From positions 19,793-83,792 of the forward strand of contig CALUVO010000009.1 of NCBI GenBank assembly GCA_944324245.1: DNA of 64,000 bases. Reading direction: 5' to 3'. A program made the translations under genes and the position numbers. Under the pieces are notes generated by a model. The model did no database searches, was not told where the DNA came from, and saw only the letters and a program-made list of their open reading frames with translations. The stretch is from Candidatus Gastranaerophilales bacterium (lineage in GTDB: Bacteria; Cyanobacteriota; Vampirovibrionia; Gastranaerophilales; Gastranaerophilaceae). Positions 1 through 9,116 of this stretch are shown piece by piece; positions within the stretch are counted from its first letter, which is position 1, and each line of letters opens with the position of its first letter.

Positions 1-2
1 TA

Positions 3-503
3 AAAAATAAAGTTCATACAAAGATATTGAATCCTGAATTAAGAGAAAATCTGGAAAAAATAATTGATGAAGCAGCCGTCAAATTTAAAAAACAAACTGG
101 CTCATCAACAGCAGGCGGAACCGGCAGAACTGCAACAGCAGATAATAACGCATCATCAACAACAGGCGGAACCGGCAGAACTGCCGGTGCTGACTTTGGT
201 TCGTCAGCTACAAGAACTGTTCCTGAAATCTTAAACGAACTGTCTGATGGAGAAAAAGATCTTCTAAAGGCTACTTTAACAAAAATTCAAAAATCTCAAA
301 TGCTAAGTGATACAGAAAAATCTCTGCTTGAAAAGATTTTTGGAAAGAAATACAGCGATTTAGTTAAAATTAAAAAATCAGATTGGGCTGAATTAAGTAA
401 ACAGTTTCACCCTGATAAAATTGGCGGATATGAACTATCAAGCACAATAAATAGTTTCTTAAATGAATTCAAAAGGAAAAGCCGCTCATTGCATACATTT
501 TAA
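3..503 (+). CDS. J-domain-like protein; 5' end may lie outside the window
   Basis: The frame is open to the window edge and the first start codon (TTG) is at 27. The C-terminal 'AELSKQFHPDKIGG' carries the HPD signature of DnaJ J-domains. The N-terminal part is Gly/Thr/Ser-rich and repeated. Confidence 0.5.
   Translation, partial: KNKVHTKILNPELRENLEKIIDEAAVKFKKQTGSSTAGGTGRTATADNNASSTTGGTGRTAGADFGSSATRTVPEILNELSDGEKDLLKATLTKIQKSQMLSDTEKSLLEKIFGKKYSDLVKIKKSDWAELSKQFHPDKIGGYELSSTINSFLNEFKRKSRSLHTF
102..184 (+). repeat. In-frame 51-bp tandem duplication inside the J-domain-like CDS
   Basis: 'tcatcaacRgcaggcggaaccggcagaactgc' occurs at 102-133 and 153-184 (one mismatch). It encodes SST(A/T)GGTGRTA twice. 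Confidence 0.8.
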
Positions 504-506
504 TTG

Positions 507-545
507 CAAAAAGCAGTACAAAGTATCTATCTGTACTGCTTTTTG
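507..545. terminator. Bidirectional rho-independent terminator between convergent genes
   Basis: 'aaaaagcagtaca' (507-520) pairs with 'tgtactgcttttt' (532-545). An A-tract precedes the hairpin and a T-tract follows it. Confidence 0.75.
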
Positions 546-565
546 ATTAATTATATATTAGACAA

Positions 566-1120
566 TTAGTCATCTATCGGCATTGTTATTATATATTTGT
601 GTCCGTGTTTTTCTTTTGTTACTTTTTCCACATTTATTTCTTCAGGAAGCACAAAGCTCTGTGTAAATGTATAAATTTTATCCGAGTGTTTGCCTGATTT
701 TTCGTTTCTTCCTTTAATGCTGATTTTATTTGATTGAATATCTATATTCAAATTATCAGGATTATTGTCAAAGGGTCTGAGGTTTATAATCATCTTGTAT
801 GCGTCGAGATTATCATCTTTAAATGTTTCAACAGGATTTTTTACTACCATCATTGCCTTATCATGCATAGGAAAAGCACCCATATCACGTTCAAACATTC
901 TATCCTGCTCCTGCAGGATTCTGTCTATGTTCTCAACGGGCATTGCCGGCATATAGTAGGCATGGCGCATTTGATCCAGCACATAATAAACTGCAAGATA
1001 ACAAGCAAGAAAAAGTACAACTAAAAGCAGTGCAAATTTTATCCAGCCGCCTGTATGTTTGTGCGGGATTATATTATATTCATCAATTTTTTGTTCTTCA
1101 AATTCTTTGTTTTCATCCAT
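566..1120 (-). CDS. Membrane-anchored Hsp20/alpha-crystallin-domain protein
   Basis: An N-terminal TM helix (FALLLVVLFLACYLAVYYVL) is followed by an ACD-like C-terminus: 'IINLRPF...NIDIQSNKISIKGRNEK...TFTQSFVLPEEINVEKV'. Confidence 0.6.
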   Translation of the reverse strand: MDENKEFEEQKIDEYNIIPHKHTGGWIKFALLLVVLFLACYLAVYYVLDQMRHAYYMPAMPVENIDRILQEQDRMFERDMGAFPMHDKAMMVVKNPVETFKDDNLDAYKMIINLRPFDNNPDNLNIDIQSNKISIKGRNEKSGKHSDKIYTFTQSFVLPEEINVEKVTKEKHGHKYIITMPIDD

Positions 1121-1276
1121 AATAAAGCTCCCTTCTTTCTATTGTCAGTATTGTATAAAAGCAGGAAATCTTTTTTATCCGTCATTTATGCATTTGTTTC
1201 AGGCAATATTTTTTTTAGCTCTGTTATTATTCTTTTTAATACAGTTATTTTTTCTTTATTTTCTGTTTTGAACAAA

Positions 1277-1984
1277 TCATTTATATTTTTTTTCAAAGTT
1301 CTCCGGCAGGATTTTACAGTGTGTTTTTGCATATTTTATCATCCTTTTTTCACCAGGATGATACACTTCATTTAACGCAAATATAATATCAAAATAACTT
1401 GCAAGAAACGCTGCTATTCTGTGATTTATACTCACAGGATCATTCCTTTTTACAGCAAATTCTATTTGTGCAAGATACGAAGCATTCTTTTTGTCGCACA
1501 AAAGCATAAGATTTCTTTTTATTATATTCTCCTTAAGCTCCTGTGGATAACATCCGCTTATCATATTTTGAAGATTCAAAAACCAGTTGTCTCTGTCATA
1601 GAGTATGAGTGATGTTTTTACATTATGTAAAAAGCAGGTAGAGTAACCGTTTGATGCTATATGCTTATTGTAAATATTATCAATCGTTTGTGTTATCCAG
1701 TTTTTACACCGAAACATAAAATCAAGTCCTGTTTTGCCGTCTTTTAGTATCCATTCATCACCGGTTTCAAAGTATCTGTTATCGATTTCATAGTCATCTG
1801 AGTATTTTTTTGCGAGTTCTGTTCGAAACTCAACAGGAATTTCTTTATCCGAATAAATGTACAAATCGTAATCAGAAAGTTCGTCACTTTGCTGTGAAGT
1901 TCTGGAACCTGCCAGTACGACTGCATATACACAATCAAGTGCAGAATATGCATTTGCTATTTCTTTTAATATCTTTTCTGTCAT
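1277..1984 (-). CDS. Nucleotidyltransferase-domain protein (DUF4037-like C-terminus)
   Basis: 'VVLAGSRTSQQSDELSDYDLYIY' matches the GS..DxD minimal nucleotidyltransferase motif. Confidence 0.55.
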   Translation of the reverse strand: MTEKILKEIANAYSALDCVYAVVLAGSRTSQQSDELSDYDLYIYSDKEIPVEFRTELAKKYSDDYEIDNRYFETGDEWILKDGKTGLDFMFRCKNWITQTIDNIYNKHIASNGYSTCFLHNVKTSLILYDRDNWFLNLQNMISGCYPQELKENIIKRNLMLLCDKKNASYLAQIEFAVKRNDPVSINHRIAAFLASYFDIIFALNEVYHPGEKRMIKYAKTHCKILPENFEKKYK

Positions 1985-2064
1985 AGTTTTTCCTTGGTTA
2001 ATTTATTTAACAATGTATGTTTGAAATTTTCTTCCTCTACATTTATATGCTATAAAGTACATGT

Positions 2065-2928
2065 ATGAAAAAGTTCTTATCTATATTTATTATATTAATA
2101 AGTTTCATAAATTGTGCAACAGCCGAGGAAATAGGGCTGAAAAATGCGCAGGAGCAAAAGGTAAAATATACCCCGAAAGTAGAAAAAGAAACAAAAGAGC
2201 TTACTATAGATGAAGAAACAGCTCTTAAAGGAATAGTAAACTTACAGCAGCAAAAGGATCTGGAAGATATTGATATGCTGTGGAAAGCAGCAGTAGAAAA
2301 TAACGATATTATAAAATTTGCTATGCGAAAACTCTCTATTCCTCCGGATCAGCAGAGATATCATTCATCTATTCTCGCAAAATCTGTATCGGCTCTTGTG
2401 AACGGAGCATCATTTGTTCCGGCTTTTTTCGGAGCAAATTATATGGTTCAGTCAGCTTCTTATGCTACAGGCAGGCTGGCTAATAACTATATTTCAAAAA
2501 TTAACAACCCTAAAGAAGTTCCCCTTACAGATACAGAGTTGATTGAACTTGCCGGTATGATTGAATCATTGCAGGATCAGATTATAAATTCTTATTACAA
2601 TTACAAAATGGCATTAGGGCAGGTAAAAGATACCCGACAGAGACTTGTTTTGTATAACAAAAATTACTCACAGGCACTTCGCGGCAGTAATGAAATGGAA
2701 ATTATAGTATCCGGAAATATGTACGATGATTTGCTGTTTGAAGAATATCAGCAGATGAGAGAAGCACGCAAATACCAGATGGATTTGGAACGTCTTGCAG
2801 GGAAAAAGACCGTACAGAATCTGAATCTTTATCAGTATGCGTTTAAAAATGAACTCTTTTCACAAAAGCTTATGAACTCAAATACACCGGATTCTTCTGT
2901 TCAGGGAGGCAAAGATGCTAAAAAATAA
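2065..2928 (+). CDS. Secreted hypothetical protein, paralog A (TolC-like coiled-coil tail)
   Basis: Has a signal peptide. Shares the motif 'LW..A..N....KF...KLS.P', a Gly/Ala/Ser-rich hydrophobic core and a C-terminal coiled coil with the next ORF. Confidence 0.6.
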   Translation: MKKFLSIFIILISFINCATAEEIGLKNAQEQKVKYTPKVEKETKELTIDEETALKGIVNLQQQKDLEDIDMLWKAAVENNDIIKFAMRKLSIPPDQQRYHSSILAKSVSALVNGASFVPAFFGANYMVQSASYATGRLANNYISKINNPKEVPLTDTELIELAGMIESLQDQIINSYYNYKMALGQVKDTRQRLVLYNKNYSQALRGSNEMEIIVSGNMYDDLLFEEYQQMREARKYQMDLERLAGKKTVQNLNLYQYAFKNELFSQKLMNSNTPDSSVQGGKDAKK

Positions 2929-3814
2929 ACTTTCTTTGCTGTTTATTGTTCTATTTGCTTCAGTATTACCTGCTTTTGCTATCAATCTTGAGGATATTTC
3001 AGAGCCGCTTCCGCCGGCACGCCGTCTCGGTATAGGCAGCAGTCCGGAAAATCCTTATAAAGTTTCTGAGACAAGTAAAAAAGTTCAATCAAAAGAAGCT
3101 AACCTTGATAAAGAAGGTGAAGCTGTAAAAAACATTACATATGCTGATTTAAGTCTTAAAAAAATTGCGGAAGAAATAAGTTCGGATTCCGAACTGGATG
3201 CACAGGATGTACTTGCGGATTTTCAGCTTTTATGGGTTGGGGCTGCGCAAAACAGTGAAACAGTAAAGTTTATCGTATACAAACTCTCTAATCCTGATGA
3301 AGACAAACCTAATGAAAGTGTTGTAAAAAAGATTATTCAGCCTATTTCTACGGTAGGAAGCTTAGCCGGTATAGGAATGGGAAACCCGATTGCCGCTATT
3401 TCTTCTATTATGGGCAGCAGTGTTTTAGGTTCCATGTCTGTTGATGATAAAGACCTGAACTATAGATTTTCTAAAGTAAACGATGCTGACATGATTGTCT
3501 TAATCAGAAAAATAGAAGAATTGCAGAGAAAAATTGTTAACTACTATTTTGATTATATGACAGCAAGAGCCTTGCTTATACGCTCTGACGATATAGTTTC
3601 AAAAAGACGTAATGCTTTTATGAACGCTCAAAAAATGACTGATGAACAGGTGATTATGCTGGATGCATATTATAGAGAAGCCTTAAATAAGCAAAGCAAG
3701 CTGCGTTCTGATTTCCTTGCAAAACGTTCGGCGCTTGAGCAGATAGTCGGTATGGAAACACTTGCCCAGTTTGAAGATCTTATTACGCAGCGTGAAGCAA
3801 AAGATAAAAAATAA
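2915..3814 (+). CDS. Secreted hypothetical protein, paralog B
   Basis: Overlaps the previous gene by 14 nt. It has the same three-part architecture: 'FQLLWVGAAQNSETVKFIVYKLSNP', 'VGSLAGIGMGNPIAAISSIMGSSVLGS' and a coiled coil. Confidence 0.6.
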   Translation: MLKNKLSLLFIVLFASVLPAFAINLEDISEPLPPARRLGIGSSPENPYKVSETSKKVQSKEANLDKEGEAVKNITYADLSLKKIAEEISSDSELDAQDVLADFQLLWVGAAQNSETVKFIVYKLSNPDEDKPNESVVKKIIQPISTVGSLAGIGMGNPIAAISSIMGSSVLGSMSVDDKDLNYRFSKVNDADMIVLIRKIEELQRKIVNYYFDYMTARALLIRSDDIVSKRRNAFMNAQKMTDEQVIMLDAYYREALNKQSKLRSDFLAKRSALEQIVGMETLAQFEDLITQREAKDKK

Positions 3815-3863
3815 CTATCTTTGGTATAGTTAATTCACAGGTGTATATGTCATTTGTATGTTT

Positions 3864-5279
3864 TTATAAATTATCGGTTTGTTTTGTATTGCTGTCAGTG
3901 CTGAGCATATACAAGTCCTGCCCGCCTACTGCTTTATACAAGCCGATAGTTGATATCAGATAATTTACTTTATTTGCAGTTTCTTCGCTTTTTGTCATCA
4001 AATCCTGCTGTTTGCTGTATAAAACTTCGAGATTAGACGCTGCGCCGATTTCATTTTTGTGTGTCATTAATTGATACTTTTGATTTTCAATTTTGGCTCT
4101 TTGTGCACTCTGGTTGTAGTTTCTAAGATTCGTTTTTACCTGTGCCGTGCTGTCATTAATCTCTTTTATGCTGACAAGAATGGTCTTGTGATAATTTTCC
4201 ATTGCCTCATCAGCCTGATTCTTTCTTAATTTAAGAACAGCCATTTTTCTCCCGCCGGAAAACAAATCGAATGATGGCATTATACCTGCATTTGCAAGCT
4301 GCGCCGGTCTGTTAAACATTGAATCCCAGTGATATGCATTTAAACCTATCTGTCCGTAGATTAAGAATTTGGGTAAAAAATCACGTTTTGCTACTTTTAC
4401 ATCATAACCGATACGTTTAATTGTATCTTCTGCCTGAATATAATCCGGTCTTTTGTCAATTGCAGTAGAATCAATAGATTCCGGAATATTAGAGAGTATC
4501 TCGAGGCTGTCGCAGTCAGTACGTGCAATTTTTTTGTTACTGTCAGAAAGATATACTCTAAGCTGGTTTTCAAGAACTTCCTGTGTATGCAGCAGGTTAT
4601 TCAGAACTTCTTTTTGAGAAGTTAAGAACTTTTGTTCATTCAAAACTTCATTTATAGTGCACAACCCGTTTTCATATTTCTTTTGAGTTTTTTGAGCAAT
4701 TGTTTCTTGCAATTCCACTATTTCTTTTTGATTTTCAATGAGCTTGTCTGTTTTTATTAAATTAAAATAATCAGAAGCAAAAGCGGAAGTAAGTGCAATA
4801 TATCCGGCTCTTTCCTGCTGCTTGATTATATCGAGCTGTTTTTCTATACTTTTGGTTTTTAATCTGTTTTGTCCCCAGATATCTATTTCATAGCTGGCAG
4901 TCAGCGGCATAAGATAGTTCCACTGCGCATAATCAGGAATCATCATGTCTCCGAAATATTGTTCGCTGCCTTTCATTACACGACCGAGTTTTCCGTCAAA
5001 TGTTACCTGCGGCAGTTCATTGGCTAGAGACATTTTTACGACATTTTCGCCTTCTTTTACCTTAATGGCTGCTATTTTTAAATCATGGTTCTTTTCATAC
5101 AGCTCCTGCATATAGTCTGTCAGTATCGGGTCATTATATTTTTCCCACCACGTAATATTTAGATATTGCGTTTTGTCAACTTCCTGATTTTTCTTAGCTT
5201 TTTTTGCTATGGCTTCGTCTGCACAAAAAACAGGCACGACAAATAAAAGTGTTATTAATGCGGCTAGTATTTTTTTCAT
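3864..5279 (-). CDS. TolC/NodT-family outer-membrane efflux protein
   Basis: 471 aa with a signal peptide ending '..PVFC'. Contains two coiled-coil/beta repeats typical of OEP-family proteins. Divergent from the marR-hlyD-MFS operon. Confidence 0.8.
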   Translation of the reverse strand: MKKILAALITLLFVVPVFCADEAIAKKAKKNQEVDKTQYLNITWWEKYNDPILTDYMQELYEKNHDLKIAAIKVKEGENVVKMSLANELPQVTFDGKLGRVMKGSEQYFGDMMIPDYAQWNYLMPLTASYEIDIWGQNRLKTKSIEKQLDIIKQQERAGYIALTSAFASDYFNLIKTDKLIENQKEIVELQETIAQKTQKKYENGLCTINEVLNEQKFLTSQKEVLNNLLHTQEVLENQLRVYLSDSNKKIARTDCDSLEILSNIPESIDSTAIDKRPDYIQAEDTIKRIGYDVKVAKRDFLPKFLIYGQIGLNAYHWDSMFNRPAQLANAGIMPSFDLFSGGRKMAVLKLRKNQADEAMENYHKTILVSIKEINDSTAQVKTNLRNYNQSAQRAKIENQKYQLMTHKNEIGAASNLEVLYSKQQDLMTKSEETANKVNYLISTIGLYKAVGGQDLYMLSTDSNTKQTDNL

Positions 5280-5304
5280 AAATTTTTACTTCCCTAATTT
5301 TTTC

Positions 5305-5332
5305 TTTTTGTGTTATTATGATAACACAAAAA
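5305..5332. promoter_or_regulatory. Candidate MarR operator (perfect 12-bp inverted repeat, 4-nt spacer)
   Basis: 'tttttgtgttat tatg ataacacaaaaa' lies in the divergent tolC-like/marR intergenic region, 24 nt upstream of the marR ATG. Confidence 0.5.
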
Positions 5333-5355
5333 ATTTTAATATAAAAAATTACACT

Positions 5356-5826
5356 ATGCAAGAAACACAAACAAACAATCTGCTTAACAAAAAAGTAGGA
5401 GCAATGCTGGTAGCTACGGGTATCTTATCCAGAGTCATGGCACTGCAGGAATATGCCGTAAAAAAATATGAAATTACGCCGGAGCAGTATCTTGTACTAT
5501 CCATTATTATGGATGCAGGTACAGAACTTTATCAGCGCCAGATTTCCGAAATTACATACAAAGACCGGCCTAATGTCAGCAGAATAATTAATATTTTGGA
5601 AAATCAGGGACTTGTAAAAAGAATAGAAGATGTAAATAAAAGAAAGATTTTTAAAATTGCAATTACACAAAAAGGAATAGAGCTGCGAAAAAAAATTCAG
5701 CCTACTATGTATGAGCTGAGAGCTGTTACTACAGAGGGAATCAGCAATGAAGATCTGGAAAAAACTTTGAAAATTCTGGAAAAAATGCAGCTCAATATGG
5801 TAGATAAAGTAAAACTACAAATATGA
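5356..5826 (+). CDS. MarR-family transcriptional regulator
   Basis: Winged-HTH region 'LSIIMDAGTELYQRQISEITYKDRPNVSRIINILENQGLVKRIEDVNKRK'. The start is placed at ATG 5356. The longer ORF from 5209 would overlap the tolC-like start. Confidence 0.8.
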   Translation: MQETQTNNLLNKKVGAMLVATGILSRVMALQEYAVKKYEITPEQYLVLSIIMDAGTELYQRQISEITYKDRPNVSRIINILENQGLVKRIEDVNKRKIFKIAITQKGIELRKKIQPTMYELRAVTTEGISNEDLEKTLKILEKMQLNMVDKVKLQI

Positions 5827-5844
5827 TTTGAGAAGGAATACACT

Positions 5845-6975
5845 ATGAGCAACGAAGAACAAAACCAAATGAATAACATAAATGGAAATAACATTAATAA
5901 CGCAGAAGAAAATACCGCTGAAATTGATGAAGATATTGATGACGGTGAGGATCACAGACCCAGTTACAAAAAGAAAAGGGTAATAGTGCCTGCTATTACT
6001 GCTGTTATTTTCTTTCTTGCCGGTATTTATTTTATGATTCACTCTATTTATTATCAATCAACTGATGATGCATTTGTTGAGGGGCATATAGTTTCTATAG
6101 CGCCCCGTGTCTCCGGCCCTGTTGAGCAGATGCTGATTGATGACAACATGCCTGTAAAAAAAGGACAGCTCCTTATTGTTATTGATCCGAATGATTACGA
6201 GGTTAAACTAGCCCAGACAAAAGCTAAACTTGCCGAGGCAAAGGCAACATTAAATATTTCTGAAAAAGATATAACAAGGTCTAAATCGGAATTGCAAGAA
6301 TCCGCTCATGACGTTGCTTCAACAAGTTCAAAACTGGATTTTGCAAAGAAAGATTACAAAAGATACTCAGAAATGTATAAAGAAGGTATCTCTTCAAAAC
6401 AGGACTACGATTCCAGCAAAACAGGCTTAACCGTTGCAAAGTCAAATTACCGTTCCGCAATGGAAAAGGAAAAAGCCTCAAAAGCAATGCTCGAAAGTGC
6501 AAAAGCAAAAAAAGAGGCATCCATAGCTGATATAGAAAGACTGGAAGCCGAAGTAAAAGAGTGTGAACTCAATCTTTCTTATACAAAAATATATGCCCCG
6601 CAGGACGGATTAATCACGAATAGAAATGTTGAAAAAGGCAACTACGTACAGGTTGCGCAGCCTATGTTTGCAATAGTTCCGGAAAAAGTCTGGGTAGTTG
6701 CAAACTTTAAAGAAACACAGCTTACAAACATGAAAAAAGGCCAGCCGGTACAAATAAAGATAGATACTTATCCCGGCAAAAAATTTAAAGGGCATGTTGA
6801 CAGTATTCAGCGTGCTACAGGGGCAAAAGCAAGCCTATTCCCTCCGGAAAATGCCGTAGGAAGTTATGTAAAAATCGTACAGAGAGTACCTGTCAAAATT
6901 GTATTTGATGAAGATATTTCAAAATACAATATAGTACCAGGGATGTCAGTAGTTCCGGAAGTCAAAGTCAAATAA
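5845..6975 (+). CDS. HlyD/EmrA-family periplasmic adaptor
   Basis: One N-terminal TM helix, a long coiled coil, and the beta-barrel motifs 'YTKIYAPQDGLITNRNVEKGNYV' and 'GMSVVPEVKV'. Confidence 0.85.
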   Translation: MSNEEQNQMNNINGNNINNAEENTAEIDEDIDDGEDHRPSYKKKRVIVPAITAVIFFLAGIYFMIHSIYYQSTDDAFVEGHIVSIAPRVSGPVEQMLIDDNMPVKKGQLLIVIDPNDYEVKLAQTKAKLAEAKATLNISEKDITRSKSELQESAHDVASTSSKLDFAKKDYKRYSEMYKEGISSKQDYDSSKTGLTVAKSNYRSAMEKEKASKAMLESAKAKKEASIADIERLEAEVKECELNLSYTKIYAPQDGLITNRNVEKGNYVQVAQPMFAIVPEKVWVVANFKETQLTNMKKGQPVQIKIDTYPGKKFKGHVDSIQRATGAKASLFPPENAVGSYVKIVQRVPVKIVFDEDISKYNIVPGMSVVPEVKVK

Positions 6976-6990
6976 GGTAATAAAAAATAA

Positions 6991-8565
6991 ATGAGTTCAG
7001 CCGAAACACGAACAGTAACAGGGAATCCATTGCCGCAAATGGATACCCGACAAACACCAATATGGCTAATAGCAATAAGCATTTTATTGCCGACCTCGTT
7101 TGCTATGCTTGCAACATCAGCTACAAACGTAGCTATCCCTTATATTGCAGGATACTTCGGGTCTACCGTAGATGAAGCCAACTGGGTAATTACCATATAT
7201 ATGATTGCAAATGCAATTCTTATCCCTTTAACAGGATGGCTTGAAAACTATATGGGGCGGGTACTTTTCTTAAAAGTTTTTATTACTATTTTTACAATAG
7301 GTTCCCTTATCTGTGCTATGGCAAGCAGTTTGAATATGCTTGTTGCAGGAAGATTGATACAGGGTATAGGTGGAGGGCCTATGATGCCTATATCTCAGGC
7401 AATTTTGATAGCCAGTTTCCCTTATAATAAAAGGGGGCAGGCAATGGCATTGTTCGGGCTTGCCGTTATGGTGTTTTCTATTATGGGGCCTACATTCGGC
7501 GGGTTTATCGTGGACAATTCTGCGTGGCAGTGGATTTATCTTGCTAATATACCTGTCGGGATTTTTTCTGTTGTGCTTGTTCATTGCAATATTGCTGAGC
7601 TCAAAAACAGAGTTAAGCCTGATAAGGTTGATTATGTCGGATTTATAGCACTTGTTTTATGGCTTATGTCAATGCAGATTGTTCTTGATAAAGGACAGCA
7701 GTACAACTGGTTTGATTGTACGTGGATTGCGTGGCTTGCAGGTATATCTTTGTTTTCTTTTATATTCTTTATTGTATGGGAATTGGAATACCACAGTCCG
7801 ATTGTTAACCTGAGAATTTTTAAAGATAAAAACTTCTTTATAGGAACAATACTAGGTTCTTCTGTAAATATGATTATTTATGTAACGATTGTACTTTTAC
7901 CGAGTTTTTTACAGAGTCTTATGGGCTACAATGCCATGCTAAGCGGCCTGGCGCTGGCACCCCGTGTATTTTCCTGTATAATAATGCTTTTGATTATTGG
8001 TCCTATGGTAGAATTTCTGGATAACAGGATACTTATTGCATCGGGATTCTTTTTCTTAGGTTTGTCTACAATATTTTATGCAAATTTGAATCTGGGAATA
8101 TCTTTTCAATTTGTAGTTGTACCGAATGTACTTATGGGAGTTGGGGTAATTCTTGTCTTTATCCCTGTATCAGGGTTGGTTCTCGGTACTTTGCCAAAAT
8201 CAGAATTGTCTAACGGAGCCGGTCTGCACAGTCTTTGCAAGTGTGTAATGACGGCTTTTGTTGTGTCGATGTCATCAACTCTCGTTGCAAGGCTGTCTCA
8301 GGTTCACCAGACATATCTTGTAGAAAACCTGTCTAATTTTAATCTGATTTTTCAAAACAGGTTGCACTCAATGGCAGGACATTTTATGTCGTTTGCGAGC
8401 AATTACGCAACTCATAAAGCAGGCGGATTGTTGTACAAGCAATTACTCTCACAGTCAAAATTGATGGCTTATGTGGATGTATTTGAAATTTTTGCACTTA
8501 TAGCGTTTATACTTATACCTTTCGGATTTTTATTGAAAGTACCGAAAAGAGATGGAAAAATGTAA
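6991..8565 (+). CDS. MFS transporter, DHA2 (EmrB/QacA) family
   Basis: 524 aa and about 14 hydrophobic segments. Contains the motif 'GRLIQGIGGGPMMP'. Lies immediately downstream of the HlyD gene. Confidence 0.85.
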   Translation: MSSAETRTVTGNPLPQMDTRQTPIWLIAISILLPTSFAMLATSATNVAIPYIAGYFGSTVDEANWVITIYMIANAILIPLTGWLENYMGRVLFLKVFITIFTIGSLICAMASSLNMLVAGRLIQGIGGGPMMPISQAILIASFPYNKRGQAMALFGLAVMVFSIMGPTFGGFIVDNSAWQWIYLANIPVGIFSVVLVHCNIAELKNRVKPDKVDYVGFIALVLWLMSMQIVLDKGQQYNWFDCTWIAWLAGISLFSFIFFIVWELEYHSPIVNLRIFKDKNFFIGTILGSSVNMIIYVTIVLLPSFLQSLMGYNAMLSGLALAPRVFSCIIMLLIIGPMVEFLDNRILIASGFFFLGLSTIFYANLNLGISFQFVVVPNVLMGVGVILVFIPVSGLVLGTLPKSELSNGAGLHSLCKCVMTAFVVSMSSTLVARLSQVHQTYLVENLSNFNLIFQNRLHSMAGHFMSFASNYATHKAGGLLYKQLLSQSKLMAYVDVFEIFALIAFILIPFGFLLKVPKRDGKM

Positions 8566-8573
8566 AAATTGAA

Positions 8574-9116
8574 TTATTTGCGTATGCTAAATTCACACCC
8601 GCAGTATTGCTGGCGATAGAAATCATTCTTTTTAGCTATTTCCATTGTTTTTAAAAATCCGTTCTGCTTTTTAAAATCCTGAGAAAGAAACTTCAATCCA
8701 AAAATTTTTGCAGCATTTTCTCCTGATATAAATACATTTTTAGAAACTTTATGAGGGCTTACTGTTAACGTTGTTGTAAAAATATCTATCCCTAGTTCTT
8801 TTGCTTTTTGTGCTGTTTTATTCAGTCTGTACTCAAAACATTTGCTGCATCTAATGCCTTTTTCAGGTTCTTGCTCCAGTCCTTTTATGTATGCATGCCA
8901 TTTTTCAGGTTCATAATCATCAATTATGTATCTGATGCTCTCCTGTTCACAGTATTTTATAAGTTCATCCCGACGTCTTAAGTATTCTTCTTCAGGATAA
9001 ATATTGGGGTTACAAAAGAAAACTACGGGAGTGTAGTTTTCTTTTAATAGTTCTATCGGATATGCCATACAAACTGCGCAGCAGGCATGCAGAAGTATTT
9101 CGGGTTTATCGTTCAA
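8574..9116 (-). CDS. queH: Epoxyqueuosine reductase QueH (DUF208)
   Basis: 'LLHACCAVC', 'CSKCFEYRL' and a C-terminal 'YCGCEFS' Cys pattern characteristic of QueH. Confidence 0.8.
   Translation of the reverse strand: MNDKPEILLHACCAVCMAYPIELLKENYTPVVFFCNPNIYPEEEYLRRRDELIKYCEQESIRYIIDDYEPEKWHAYIKGLEQEPEKGIRCSKCFEYRLNKTAQKAKELGIDIFTTTLTVSPHKVSKNVFISGENAAKIFGLKFLSQDFKKQNGFLKTMEIAKKNDFYRQQYCGCEFSIRK

Noticed and set aside
5209-5355. The longer MarR ORF starting at 5209, and similar 5' extensions at 24745, 26541, 33353, 35164, 45525 and 53708.
   Set aside because: - The extensions overlap the neighbouring gene or the promoter/operator region and encode low-complexity sequence.
- Internal ATG codons with RBS-like sequence, or with matching paralog length, give the canonical domain starts.
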